From contig JACOXN010000005.1 of NCBI GenBank assembly GCA_016176295.1, forward strand, positions 2,156 to 66,155: a stretch of 64,000 bases of DNA, in the 5' to 3' direction. Positions within the stretch are counted from its first letter, which is position 1. Each line of letters opens with the position of its first letter. The notes beneath the pieces are model-generated. The model saw nothing but the letters and a program-made list of their open reading frames with translations, did not search any database and was not told the DNA's origin. The stretch is from Candidatus Giovannonibacteria bacterium (lineage in GTDB: Bacteria > Patescibacteriota > Minisyncoccia > UBA11713 > 2-01-FULL-45-33). Of this stretch, positions 35,101-44,300 are shown piece after piece. The translations under genes and the position numbers were made by a program.

Positions 35101-35787
35101 CCTACCGGTTCTGACACAGCTTCAGACGGAGTCAGGATAATGAAGGCTTACCCGACAATGGCCAGGCTCAACATGACTTCCAGCTTGGTTAACGGTATCA
35201 ATCAGGTAATGCGCTGGAGTGTGACGGCAAACAACGGTGACGTTTCAGTTGCCAGGTTTACTATCCGCATGTCCACTACTTCGGTTAACGCAGCATCTCT
35301 GAACGTTTATGCTTTCTCCGACTCAGGATTTGGAAACCCAATAACCGTGTCTGGAAGAGCTGACGGTAGGTTGATGGAGACTGATAAGGATTTGAACACG
35401 AATAATGAGCCTACGACAGGAGACTTGGTTGTTGAGCCTACCACTTCCGCTAATGCAACAACGACTTTGACAATCTCATCAGGTCAAACGTTGTACTTTG
35501 CGGCGCAGGTCAACTTGACTAACGTTGACGCGACAGGTGATGCTACTTCGTTCCAGTTGCAAGGTGATGCGGCTTTCCCGGTTGCACACCAGGCTTATTT
35601 GCCAGGTGGAGGCCAGGTTGGAGAAATGACCCGGTATGCCAGCTTGCGTGGAATAACGGATGATGACTTCCTATGGTCACCGCTTTCCACAACAACTGCT
35701 GACTTGCTGACGAATGACTGGACCAACGGATTCAGAGTGACAGGTCTACCGACCTCGAACATGACTCCTCAAGTCTTGAATAAATAA
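32182..35787 (+). CDS. Large cell-surface protein with N-terminal anchor, coiled segment and peptidoglycan-binding domain (S-layer-like candidate)
   Basis: Signal/TM segment, then LQAQITALLAQIAALQAQL. The PG_binding_1-like motif is GDDVMCLQKYLNSAGHQV...YFGSLTKAAVAKWQAANGV. This is followed by a PGTPGVPGTPAP linker and about 1000 aa of Thr/Ser/Gly/Ala/Val-rich beta-type sequence. Confidence 0.8.
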   Translation: MNKRHKMGRKVTSIVLSLTTGLWLVGGSLMPFVAQAQTTADLQAQITALLAQIAALQAQLSGGGTVSSAACTFTRNLTVGSTGDDVMCLQKYLNSAGHQVAASGAGSPGSESKYFGSLTKAAVAKWQAANGVAPAVGYFGAISQAKYGSLVASVPGTPGVPGTPAPVPAPAGTLAVAAGTQPSASLFPGNGTATASNVPFTVLRFTAPAASDVTVNSLVVERTGLSSDAAFSSVVLLDEMGAQVGNSKTLNSTHQATLTEPFVVKAGTTRTMTLAGNAADESNYAGQVAFLTLVSVNSSLPVTGSLPITGAGHTVNASVTIGSVTMGRGPLDPGDASPSKKVGDTAYIFSSVKITAGSAEKVYLKSIRWNQTGSASASDLANIKTYVDGTAYDAVVSSDGKYYTSVFGDNAGKGILIDKGYSKEVYIKGDIAGGSGRTIDFDLAKRRDIQVVGETYGYGITPPQTGLTDPTDDTAAFSSTEDPWYDADEVSVTGGSITVANSNTVPAQNISSNLADQPLGAMLVTVKGEPISVGRIGFNVSILNGTADGTTGNADVNDLTNVTLVNSSGAVVAGPVDGSAADSANTTSAGHGSVVFSDTITFPVGENIYYLKSKFGTDIPNNYTIQASTTPSADWATVTGTVTGVTRTPSPTSAITLNLMTLKTGALTVSVSSNPIAQNVVAGNQGFTFANYIFDTTASGEDVRMTSVPLVNGVAVGSATDLTSCALYDGASTVTSSKDPSSAASTTLFTFTSGGYTFAKGTSKTLALKCNIASGATGKYLWGIDAAQNADFTGATGLTSGQTITETFNDANGQLMTATSGGSLAVVIDAGSPTYTIVAPGQTVELARIKFSATNEDIDLKRVAFELNGVASNTPDNLVNRQITLHTTDGTQIGTAVFPTGDYATSSLLSTGAFSVPRDGSKVLVVKGVIGGISVSGPITRSGEFLKVDYDADSDGLTDGTYGSGLSSGTNITPTGSDTASDGVRIMKAYPTMARLNMTSSLVNGINQVMRWSVTANNGDVSVARFTIRMSTTSVNAASLNVYAFSDSGFGNPITVSGRADGRLMETDKDLNTNNEPTTGDLVVEPTTSANATTTLTISSGQTLYFAAQVNLTNVDATGDATSFQLQGDAAFPVAHQAYLPGGGQVGEMTRYASLRGITDDDFLWSPLSTTTADLLTNDWTNGFRVTGLPTSNMTPQVLNK

Positions 35788-35836
35788 CCCGCCTCAGGCG
35801 GACAGGTCTAGCTTGCTTGTGACTTGCTAGCTTGAA

Positions 35837-35870
35837 TCAAAAGCCCCCTTTAAAGGGGGCTTTTGATATT
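35837..35870 (+). terminator. Strong rho-independent terminator of the surface-protein gene
   Basis: Perfect 30-bp palindrome TCAAAAGCCCCCTTTAAAGGGGGCTTTTGA followed by T-rich sequence. Confidence 0.85.
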
Positions 35871-35906
35871 GTGTTTAAAAAAACTCCGGTTTATAATTCA
35901 TCTACT

Positions 35907-36686
35907 ATGGAAACTGAGAAAAAAGAAGAAATATTGATGCTGGTTTCGGCATTAATGATAAGTTTTTTGGCTTTTTCTGCCGGTTACTTCATTTGGGGCG
36001 GTGGCAGACTATATTCGCCGAAGAATGCTGAGAGAACCGCAGAGGAACAAGAATTAGTGGAGACAATAAACGAAAACGGAGAATTGATCCTGGAAGAGGT
36101 AGAAAAGGCCGATTTACCGGTTCCGGATTTGGATAGAAAAGTGACAATAACGGCAAATCTTCCGGAAGATCAGAAAATAAAGATGACAGACAAAATAAAA
36201 GAAATATCCGGTATTTTGAAAAAAGATCCAACTTTGGCGGATTCATGGATAGAATTGGGAGGTCTTTATCAAGTGGCAGGAGATTACGAAGGCGCAGCTT
36301 TGGTCTGGGAATACGCCGGCGCCATCAAGCCGAAAAATTACATCTCGTTCAATAATTTGGGGTTTCTTTACCGCTATTATCTGAAGAATCCGCAGTTGGC
36401 GGAGAAGAACTTTTTGCGGGCGAGCGCCAACAAGCCGGATCTGGTGGCTAGTTATCGCGAACTTAGCGACCTCTACAGATATGATTTCAAGGCAAAATCC
36501 GGAGAGGCCGATGATATATTGCTGGCGGGCCTGGAAAAGAATCCGAACAACCTTGATCTGCTCATTTATCTGGCAGGCTACTATAGAGACACTGGAAACA
36601 ACGCAAAAGCCAGGAAATACTACGAAAAAGCCTTGTCATTGGACCCTGGCAATAGCGCGATTGCTAGGGAACTCCAGGAGCTATAA
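35907..36686 (+). CDS. Membrane-anchored TPR-repeat protein
   Basis: The start METEKKEEIL at 35907 is used because the track start 35832 would include the terminator. One TM segment, then TPR repeats (WIELGGLYQVAGDYEGAALVWEYA..., ARKYYEKALSLDPGN). Confidence 0.75.
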   Translation: METEKKEEILMLVSALMISFLAFSAGYFIWGGGRLYSPKNAERTAEEQELVETINENGELILEEVEKADLPVPDLDRKVTITANLPEDQKIKMTDKIKEISGILKKDPTLADSWIELGGLYQVAGDYEGAALVWEYAGAIKPKNYISFNNLGFLYRYYLKNPQLAEKNFLRASANKPDLVASYRELSDLYRYDFKAKSGEADDILLAGLEKNPNNLDLLIYLAGYYRDTGNNAKARKYYEKALSLDPGNSAIARELQEL

Positions 36687-36744
36687 TGTCCTAAACTAAG
36701 TTTAGGACATTTGAAGGCTCGCATGGATAGAGTAAAATTAACGC

Positions 36745-36870
36745 ATGGGCTTATTGGGCAGACATTTTTGGAAATTCTTTGTCGGTTTGGTAGCTTTGAT
36801 AGCGGTGGGGCTTGCGGTAATTTACGCCACAGATTATTTAGGCGCGATTGATACCGTAACCGGTTTGTGA
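36745..36870 (+). CDS. Possible 41-aa single-TM micro-protein upstream of secF
   Basis: MGLLGRHFWKFFVGLVALIAVGLAVIYATDYLGAIDTVTGL*, read by hand. It is below the ORF-track cutoff. Confidence 0.3.
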   Translation: MGLLGRHFWKFFVGLVALIAVGLAVIYATDYLGAIDTVTGL

Positions 36871-36883
36871 TAATCTAATTTCG

Positions 36884-37789
36884 ATGACAATAATCGGTTC
36901 AAGAAAAATAAGTTACGCCGTTTCCGGTGCCCTGATAGCACTAAGTTTGGTAAGTCTTGCTCTCTGGGGCCTTAAGCTTGGGATTGATTTTACCGGGGGC
37001 TCCCTGATCGAAGCTGAGTTTGCCGCGGAACGCCCCGCCAATGAAGACATTATTTTGGCTCTTAAATCAAAAGGGCTTGAAAACATCGTGGCGCAGCCTA
37101 CTGGCGAAAAAGGCGTTATTTTGAAACTGAAAGATCTTAACGAGAACGAGCATCAGGAAGTTCTTTCGGGGCTTAAATCCTTGGGCGATGTAACCGAAAA
37201 AAGGTTCAGTTCGATAGGCCCGACTATAGGCTCCGAATTAAGAAAAAGGTCCATGTGGTCAGTAGCGCTTGTTATTTTAATGATAGTTATTTATCTTTCG
37301 TGGGCTTTTAGAAAAGTATCCCGCCCGATGGCTTCATGGAAGTACGGCATCGCGGCGATTGTCGCCTTAATTCACGACATCACCATCCCGATGGGGCTAT
37401 TTTCCGTTCTGGGGCATTTCTACGGCATTGAAGTAGATACGCTTTTTGTGACGGCGCTCCTTACCATTCTAGGTTTTTCAGTGCACGATACCATCGTCGT
37501 CTTTGATCGGATAAGGGAAACGTTGAACAGGTCGGGAGCGGGAAGCGCTGATTTTGAGAATGTTGTGGAAAAAAGCATCCGATCCACTATATTGCGTTCG
37601 ATTAATACCTCGTTTACAGTAGTCCTGGTCTTGGCATTCCTGTTCTTTCTGGGGGGAGAGTCGGTCAAATACTTCACATTGGCCATGCTGGTAGGAGTTT
37701 TCTTTGGTACATATTCCTCCATCTTCGTGGCGAGCGCGCTTTTAGTCAGCTGGTTTAATTTTGAGCGTAAACCGGCCCGGGCAGCCTAA
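36884..37789 (+). CDS. secF: Protein translocase subunit SecF
   Basis: GIDFTGGSLIE motif and a 6-TM layout with the conserved LIHDITIPMG / VHDTIVVFDRIRE blocks. Confidence 0.9.
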   Translation: MTIIGSRKISYAVSGALIALSLVSLALWGLKLGIDFTGGSLIEAEFAAERPANEDIILALKSKGLENIVAQPTGEKGVILKLKDLNENEHQEVLSGLKSLGDVTEKRFSSIGPTIGSELRKRSMWSVALVILMIVIYLSWAFRKVSRPMASWKYGIAAIVALIHDITIPMGLFSVLGHFYGIEVDTLFVTALLTILGFSVHDTIVVFDRIRETLNRSGAGSADFENVVEKSIRSTILRSINTSFTVVLVLAFLFFLGGESVKYFTLAMLVGVFFGTYSSIFVASALLVSWFNFERKPARAA

Positions 37790-37795
37790 AGCCTA

Positions 37796-37823
37796 TTGAC
37801 ATTATTAGCAGGGGTGCTACACT
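37796..37823 (+). promoter_or_regulatory. Putative sigma70-type promoter in the secF-rpoB spacer
   Basis: TTGACA (37796-37801), 16-nt spacer, TACACT (37818-37823). Confidence 0.45.
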
Positions 37824-38095
37824 TACCCCGCAGTGGATAACTGCCCCTTGTAAAAAGCATCGGGTGATGTAAAATAAAGCCCAACGCCTTGAATGCGAAA
37901 AAGCATTTAGCTATATAGATTTTTTGGATGGTTAAGCCCCAATTGTTTTGTTAAATTTTAGAGCAAAATAGGGGAGGGGTTCTTTTTTGTTACTTTTTCC
38001 AGTAAAAGCTGGTCAGCCTCGCGCTGAAAAAATTATTTATTAATTTTAATAATAAAAAAAGTTTTGCGATTCTCCAAGCAAAACTAACCCGCGCC

Positions 38096-41000
38096 ATGAT
38101 ACAAAAAAAATACTTCTCTAAGTATAGAGAACCCTCCGTACCTTTACCGGATCTCGTCAGGATGCAGACCGCGTCTTACGAATGGCTTTTGAAGACAGGT
38201 ATGAAGGAGATATTTGAAGAAATATCTCCAATTTCGGATTATACGGGAGCGGAACTTTCGCTTGATTTTTTGGATTTTTCTTTCGACGAACCAAGATACG
38301 ACGAAGAGCATGCCAGGGTCAACAATTTGTCCTATGAAGCTCCTCTTAGGGTAAAAGTTAGATTGAATTCAAAAAGCACCGGAGAAAAAAAAGAGCAGGA
38401 AATTTTTCTTGCCGACTTTCCGTTAATGACCCCGCGAGGGACTTTCATAATAAACGGCATTGAGCGGGTGGTGGTCTCGCAGCTTGCGCGTTCTTTCGGG
38501 GTTTATTTCATGCCCGGTTCTTCTTTCAGGACGAAGCGGAACTTCGGAGCAAAAATAATTCCCATGCGCGGTGTCTGGCTGGAATTTGATACCGAGCAGG
38601 ACGGCGCAATTTACGTCCGCATTGACCGGAAACGCAAAATAGCCGTTACGGCGCTTTTCCGGATATTCGACCTGGAAAAGAATGAAGATATTTTGGAGGC
38701 TTTCAAGAACGCCGATACCGGCGAAGTCAAATACATAAAGCAGACGTTGGAAAAAGATGCAACCAAAAACGCGGATGAAGCCTATGTTGAGATTTTCAAA
38801 AGAATAAGGCAGGGTGAGCTCGCTTCCATAGATAATGCTCGCGAGCTAGTCAGCTCCCTTTTTAAGCCCGAAAGGTATGATATTTCTCCGGTGGGGAGGT
38901 ATAAACTAGTCCAGCGCATTCCGCAGTTGGCGGATAAAAAAACAGGGAATCCCAGGCAGCTGGATACTGAGGACCTTATCGCCATCATTTCGGAAATAAT
39001 CAACCTTAACAACAATTCACACGCCCAGCCCGATGATATCGATCACTTAGGGAACCGCCGTATCCGTTCCGTCGGGGAAATGCTTCAGCAGAGGCTGAGG
39101 GTAGGGCTTACGCGCATGAAGAGAACGATTCAGGATCGAATGTCCACTCTGGACGTGACGACCCTTACTCCCGTTCAGCTTATCAACGCCAGGCCGTTTT
39201 CAGCGATACTTTCCGAGTTTTTCATGACGAACCAGCTCTCGCAGTTCATGGATCAGATAAACATCCTTTCGGAGCTCGAGCACAAAAGAAGGGTGTCCGC
39301 TTTGGGCCCCGGAGGCCTGACCCGCGAGCGCGCGGGGTTTGAGGTCAGAGATGTGCATCCTTCATATTACGGAAGGCTTTGCCCCATTATGACCCCTGAA
39401 GGTCCGAATATCGGGTTAATCAACCATTTGGCGGGGTATGCCACTATTAATGAATATGGAATTTTGGAAACCCCGTATATAAAAGTTGTAAACGGAAAAG
39501 CCACCAAAGAAATTCATAGTCTTACGGCTTTTGAAGAGGCGAGGCACAAGATAGCTCATGCCGGAATTGCCATAGATAAAGAAGGGAATATCTTAGATGA
39601 AGAAGTAGAAGGAAGATCAAAGGGGCAACCTTCCATCATTTCCCGGAACGAAGTGGACTATATGGATGTGTCTCCCCAGCAGGCCTTCAGTATTGCGACT
39701 TCACTCATCCCATTTTTGGAGCACGACGATGCGACCCGCGCCATGATGGGTTCCAACATGCAACGACAGGCGGTTCCCTGCATAAAACCGCAGGTTCCTT
39801 TGGTTGGGACGGGTTTTGAAGAGAAAGCGGCCCGGGATTCGGGAAGGCTGATAATTACGGAAGAAGACGGTGTGATAAGCGCGGTTGATGCGAGTTCAAT
39901 AACCGTAAAAAGCGGAAGAAAAGAAAAGACCTGGCCTTTGATCAATTTTGCGAGGTCCAACCAGACCACGGTTATTCACCAGCGCCCCATTGTGCAGCTC
40001 GGAGATAAAGTGAAAAAAGGCGACGTTCTGGCCGATACTTCTCTCACGGACAGGGGGCATCTTGCGCTTGGGCAAAATTTGCTTGTGGCGTTCCTTTCCT
40101 GGGGAGGCTCGAATTTTGAGGACGCGATCATCCTTTCGAACCGCCTCGTAAAAAATGATATTTTCACCTCGATCCACGCGGAAGATTTTACCGTGGAAGT
40201 AAGAGACACTAAACTCGGGCCGGAAATAACGACCCATGACATTCCGAACGTCGGCGAGGAAAAATTAAAAGATCTGGATGAGGACGGCATCGTTCGCATC
40301 GGCGCGGAAGTGAGAAGCGGCGACATCCTCGTCGGCAAAATCTCTCCCAAAGGAGAGTCTGATCTGACTCCTGAAGAAAGACTGCTGCGCGCCATCTTCG
40401 GGGAAAAAGCACGCGACGTAAAAGACACATCGCTCCGGATGCCTCACGGCAAGCGGGGCCGTGTGGTGGGGATAAAAGTATTTTCACGGGAAAAAGGCGA
40501 TAAATTGGAAACCGGCGTGATAAAACAGGTCCGGGTAGAAGTGGCCGAAATGAGGAAGATATCGGTGGGAGACAAACTGGCCGGAAGGCATGGAAATAAA
40601 GGCGTCATTTCCCGTATTTTGCCGGAGGAAGACATGCCTTTTCTCGAGGACGGCACTCCGGTTGATATAATTCTGAATCCGCTGGGGGTTGCTTCACGTA
40701 TGAATATCGGGCAGATCCTGGAAACCCATTTGGGCTGGGCCGCCGAGAAACTCGGATATCACGCCATAACTCCCGCGCTTTTGGGCGCCACCGAAACCGA
40801 AATAAAGGCGGAATTGGCCAAAGCCGGCATTCCTTCGAGCGGAAAGGTTAAGCTTTTTGACGGACGCACCGGAAAGGAATTCGAGCAGAAAGTTGCGGTT
40901 GGTCAAATTTACATGTTGAAACTTTCGCACATGGTGGAGGACAAGATTCACATGCGCTCCATTGGTCCGTACTCATTGATCACTCAGCAGCCTTTGGGAG

Positions 41001-41362
41001 GAAAAGCCCAGGGAGGGGGGCAGAGATTCGGAGAAATGGAAGTATGGGCGCTTGAAGGCTATGGAGCCGCCCATACTTTGCAGGAAATGTTGACCATAAA
41101 ATCAGATGATGTTCTGGGAAGAGCCGCTGCTTACGACGCCATCGTGCGCGGCGAGCCTTTCAGAGCTCCAAACGTGCCGGCGAGTTTTCACGTGCTTTTA
41201 AATGAGCTTAAGGGCTTGGCTATGGACATTGATCTTAAAGGCGTCGAGGCGCAGCCGGAAGATTTCGAAGATTTAGAAGAAGAGGATGTGAAGAAGAAAA
41301 AGAAATTGAAACAAAGAGAAAGACTTGTGGTCGAGGAATTTATTGAAGAGCCTACTGCTTAA
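38096..41362 (+). CDS. rpoB: DNA-directed RNA polymerase beta subunit
   Basis: GDKLAGRHGNKGVIS, NPLGVASRMNIGQILE and GEMEVWALEGYGAAHTLQE. Confidence 0.97.
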   Translation: MIQKKYFSKYREPSVPLPDLVRMQTASYEWLLKTGMKEIFEEISPISDYTGAELSLDFLDFSFDEPRYDEEHARVNNLSYEAPLRVKVRLNSKSTGEKKEQEIFLADFPLMTPRGTFIINGIERVVVSQLARSFGVYFMPGSSFRTKRNFGAKIIPMRGVWLEFDTEQDGAIYVRIDRKRKIAVTALFRIFDLEKNEDILEAFKNADTGEVKYIKQTLEKDATKNADEAYVEIFKRIRQGELASIDNARELVSSLFKPERYDISPVGRYKLVQRIPQLADKKTGNPRQLDTEDLIAIISEIINLNNNSHAQPDDIDHLGNRRIRSVGEMLQQRLRVGLTRMKRTIQDRMSTLDVTTLTPVQLINARPFSAILSEFFMTNQLSQFMDQINILSELEHKRRVSALGPGGLTRERAGFEVRDVHPSYYGRLCPIMTPEGPNIGLINHLAGYATINEYGILETPYIKVVNGKATKEIHSLTAFEEARHKIAHAGIAIDKEGNILDEEVEGRSKGQPSIISRNEVDYMDVSPQQAFSIATSLIPFLEHDDATRAMMGSNMQRQAVPCIKPQVPLVGTGFEEKAARDSGRLIITEEDGVISAVDASSITVKSGRKEKTWPLINFARSNQTTVIHQRPIVQLGDKVKKGDVLADTSLTDRGHLALGQNLLVAFLSWGGSNFEDAIILSNRLVKNDIFTSIHAEDFTVEVRDTKLGPEITTHDIPNVGEEKLKDLDEDGIVRIGAEVRSGDILVGKISPKGESDLTPEERLLRAIFGEKARDVKDTSLRMPHGKRGRVVGIKVFSREKGDKLETGVIKQVRVEVAEMRKISVGDKLAGRHGNKGVISRILPEEDMPFLEDGTPVDIILNPLGVASRMNIGQILETHLGWAAEKLGYHAITPALLGATETEIKAELAKAGIPSSGKVKLFDGRTGKEFEQKVAVGQIYMLKLSHMVEDKIHMRSIGPYSLITQQPLGGKAQGGGQRFGEMEVWALEGYGAAHTLQEMLTIKSDDVLGRAAAYDAIVRGEPFRAPNVPASFHVLLNELKGLAMDIDLKGVEAQPEDFEDLEEEDVKKKKKLKQRERLVVEEFIEEPTA

Positions 41363-41373
41363 AACAAAAAACA

Positions 41374-44300
41374 ATGGATCAAAACATAAAAGATTTTAAA
41401 GCGCTGGTGATCAAACTCGCTTCCCCCGAGCGAATCTTATCATGGTCCAGAGGCGAGGTTACGAAACCCGAAACCATTAATTACCGCACGCAAAGGCCCG
41501 AAAAGGACGGCCTCTTTTGCGAGCGCATTTTCGGTCCTCAAAAAGATTTCGAATGTTATTGCGGCAAGTATAAGCGCGTAAGGTACAAGGGTATTGTTTG
41601 CGACAAATGCGGAGTGGAAGTTACACGTTCGGTCGTCAGGCGAGAACGGATGGGGCATATAAGTCTAGCTTCGCCGGTTTCGCATATCTGGTTCTTAAGA
41701 GGCGTTCCTTCGAGGATAGGAATGATGCTGGATATCGCGGCACAGGACCTGGAACAGGTGATATATTTCGGAGGATACATAATAATTACTGTTGACGAAA
41801 AAGCTAAAGAAGCCGCGCTCAAGTCTTTGGATAAGGAATTCAAATTAAAATCCGCGTCGATAAAGGGCAGCAAGGACGCTTTGAAAACCGCACTGGAAAA
41901 TGCGAGAGGGGAGCTTAAAAATTTGGCCCCGCGGAAGATAATTTCAGAGCTTGAATACAGGAAGCTCAGCATGAAGTACGCTAACTTATTCGAAGCCGGT
42001 ATCGGCCCGGAAGCCTTAAGAAAGATTTGCGGTGAAGTAAATCTTTCCCTGCTTGCAGAAAAATTGAAGACGCAGCTCGGGGAAGAATTGGCTCCGCTTG
42101 TGAAGAAAAAAGTTATGACGCGCCTTCGTCTCGTGCAGTCTTTCATCCGGTCCGGTGTAAAACCGGAATGGATGTTTTTGACGGAAATACCCGTAATTCC
42201 TCCGGCGCTTCGCCCCATGGTGCAGCTTGAAGGCGGTCGGCATGCAACTTCTGACGTGAACGATCTCTATAGGCGCGTCATTAACCGCAATAACCGGCTC
42301 AAAAAATTATTGGAACTGCGCGCTCCGGAAGTCATCGTGAGGAACGAAAAAAGAATGCTTCAGGAAGCCGTTGATTCACTTTTGGATAATTCAATAAAAA
42401 GAAGCCAGGGGCCGGCCGCTACGTCCCAGGCACAAAAAAGGCCTTTGAGGTCTATAGCCGATATGCTCAAAGGAAAACAGGGCAGATTCCGCCAGAACCT
42501 CCTGGGTAAGCGCGTGGACTATTCAGGACGCTCCGCTATCGTCGTCGGTCCCGATCTCAAAATGCACCAGTGCGGTCTTCCGAAGCATATGGCTTTGGAG
42601 CTTTTTCGCCCGTTTGTCATACATAAATTGATGGCAAGGGAATTGGCCCACACCATAAAAGGAGCGGGAAGGCTCATTGACGACCTGATTCCGGAAGTTT
42701 GGGAATGTCTTGAAGAAGTTATTCAGCATAAATATGTGCTTCTAAACCGCGCCCCGACCTTGCACAGGCTGGGTATCCAGGCTTTCCAGCCGATACTGAT
42801 TGAAGGCAATGCCATACAATTGCATCCTTTGGTCTGCTCGGCCTTCAACGCTGACTTTGACGGAGACCAGATGGCTGTCCACGTGCCTCTCACCGAAGAA
42901 GCGCAGGGAGAAGCGCGCGACATTATTGCGTCGGTAAAGAATTTGCTGAAGCCCGGAAGCGGTACTCCGGTAGTCACTCACACGCAGGATATGGTTATGG
43001 GGATTTCTTACCTTACCCGGGTGCACGAAGGAGCCAAAGGGGAGGGAAAGTTTTTTGCGAGTCCCAATGAAGCAATTTTGGCTTTTGATTACGACCTGGT
43101 TAACTTGAACGCTCAAATATCGGTGAAAATAACCAAAACCCCGAAGTACCAGCTGGTGGCGAAAGACGCTCTTGAAACTACGGTCGGAAGGCTTATTTTC
43201 AACAGCGTTATCCCCAGCGATTATCCCTATCTAAACAAAGAAATAAAGAAGAAAGATATCGAACGGATAATCTCAGACCTTATCCAAAAATACGGCATTG
43301 ACGCCACTCCACCCATCCTGGATCACATCAAGAATTTGGGATTCAAATACGCCACATATTCGGGCATCAGCTGGGGTATGGATGACATTAAAACTCCCGC
43401 CGAAAAAACGGAAATAGTGGAGGAAGGGAAAAAAGCGGCTCACGTGGTTGAAGAGCAGTTCAATGACGGTCTTTTGACCGACCGTGAACGGTATGAAAAA
43501 ATCATTACGATCTGGACGAGCGTTAAAAAAGAGGTGGACGAAAAAACTCCGTCGGTTCTGGATAATTACGGGCCTATCCATTATATGGTGGGATCCGGGG
43601 CAAGAGGCAATTGGAACCAGATAAACCAGATAGCGAGCATGAAAGGACTCGTAGTGAACCCTTCCGGAAGAACCATCGAGCTTCCTATTCTCTCAAGTTT
43701 TAAAGAGGGTTTAAACGTACTTGAGTACTTTATTTCCACTCACGCCGCCCGTAAAGGTACGGCCGACACCGCTTTGAAAACAGCCGTTGCTGGGTATCTC
43801 ACCAGGCGTTTGGTTGATGTTTCCCAGGACATTATTATCACGGAGCCGGATTGCAAGGATGAAAAAGGGCTGATCGTGCTCCGGTCCGATTCTGAAAAAT
43901 TGGGTAAAAGTTTCGGTGACAGGATAGTCGGACGCGTTCTCGCGGAAGATGTAGTAGATGCTGTTGTTGAAAAGATTATTTTTAAGAAAAGGCATCTTCT
44001 CTCCTTTGCGGACGCGGAAGTTATTGCGGCCGCCAATGTTTCCAGTGTTGTGCTTCGTTCGCCGGTCTCGTGTAAATCTGCCCAGGGCATCTGCCAGCTT
44101 TGCTACGGTTACGACCTGGGGTCAAATACGCCGGTAAAACTCGGTGAGGCTGTGGGGGTAGTTGCTGCGCAGGCCATCGGGGAGCCGGGAACCCAGCTTA
44201 CCATGAGAACTTTCCATGTCGGAGGTATAGCGGGAGCCGCTGACATCACGATGGGTCTTCCCCGTGTGGAAGAAATCTTTGAAGCGCGTACGCCGAAAGT

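Noticed and set aside
35832-35906. Track start (TTG 35832) for the TPR protein
   Set aside because: That N-terminal extension would be translated through the 30-bp perfect palindromic terminator of the upstream gene. ATG 35907 is used instead.
36687-36883. Missing secD upstream of secF as an anomaly
   Set aside because: secD may simply lie elsewhere in the genome or be fused or split differently. That cannot be judged from one window. Only a doubtful 41-aa TM ORF is present here.
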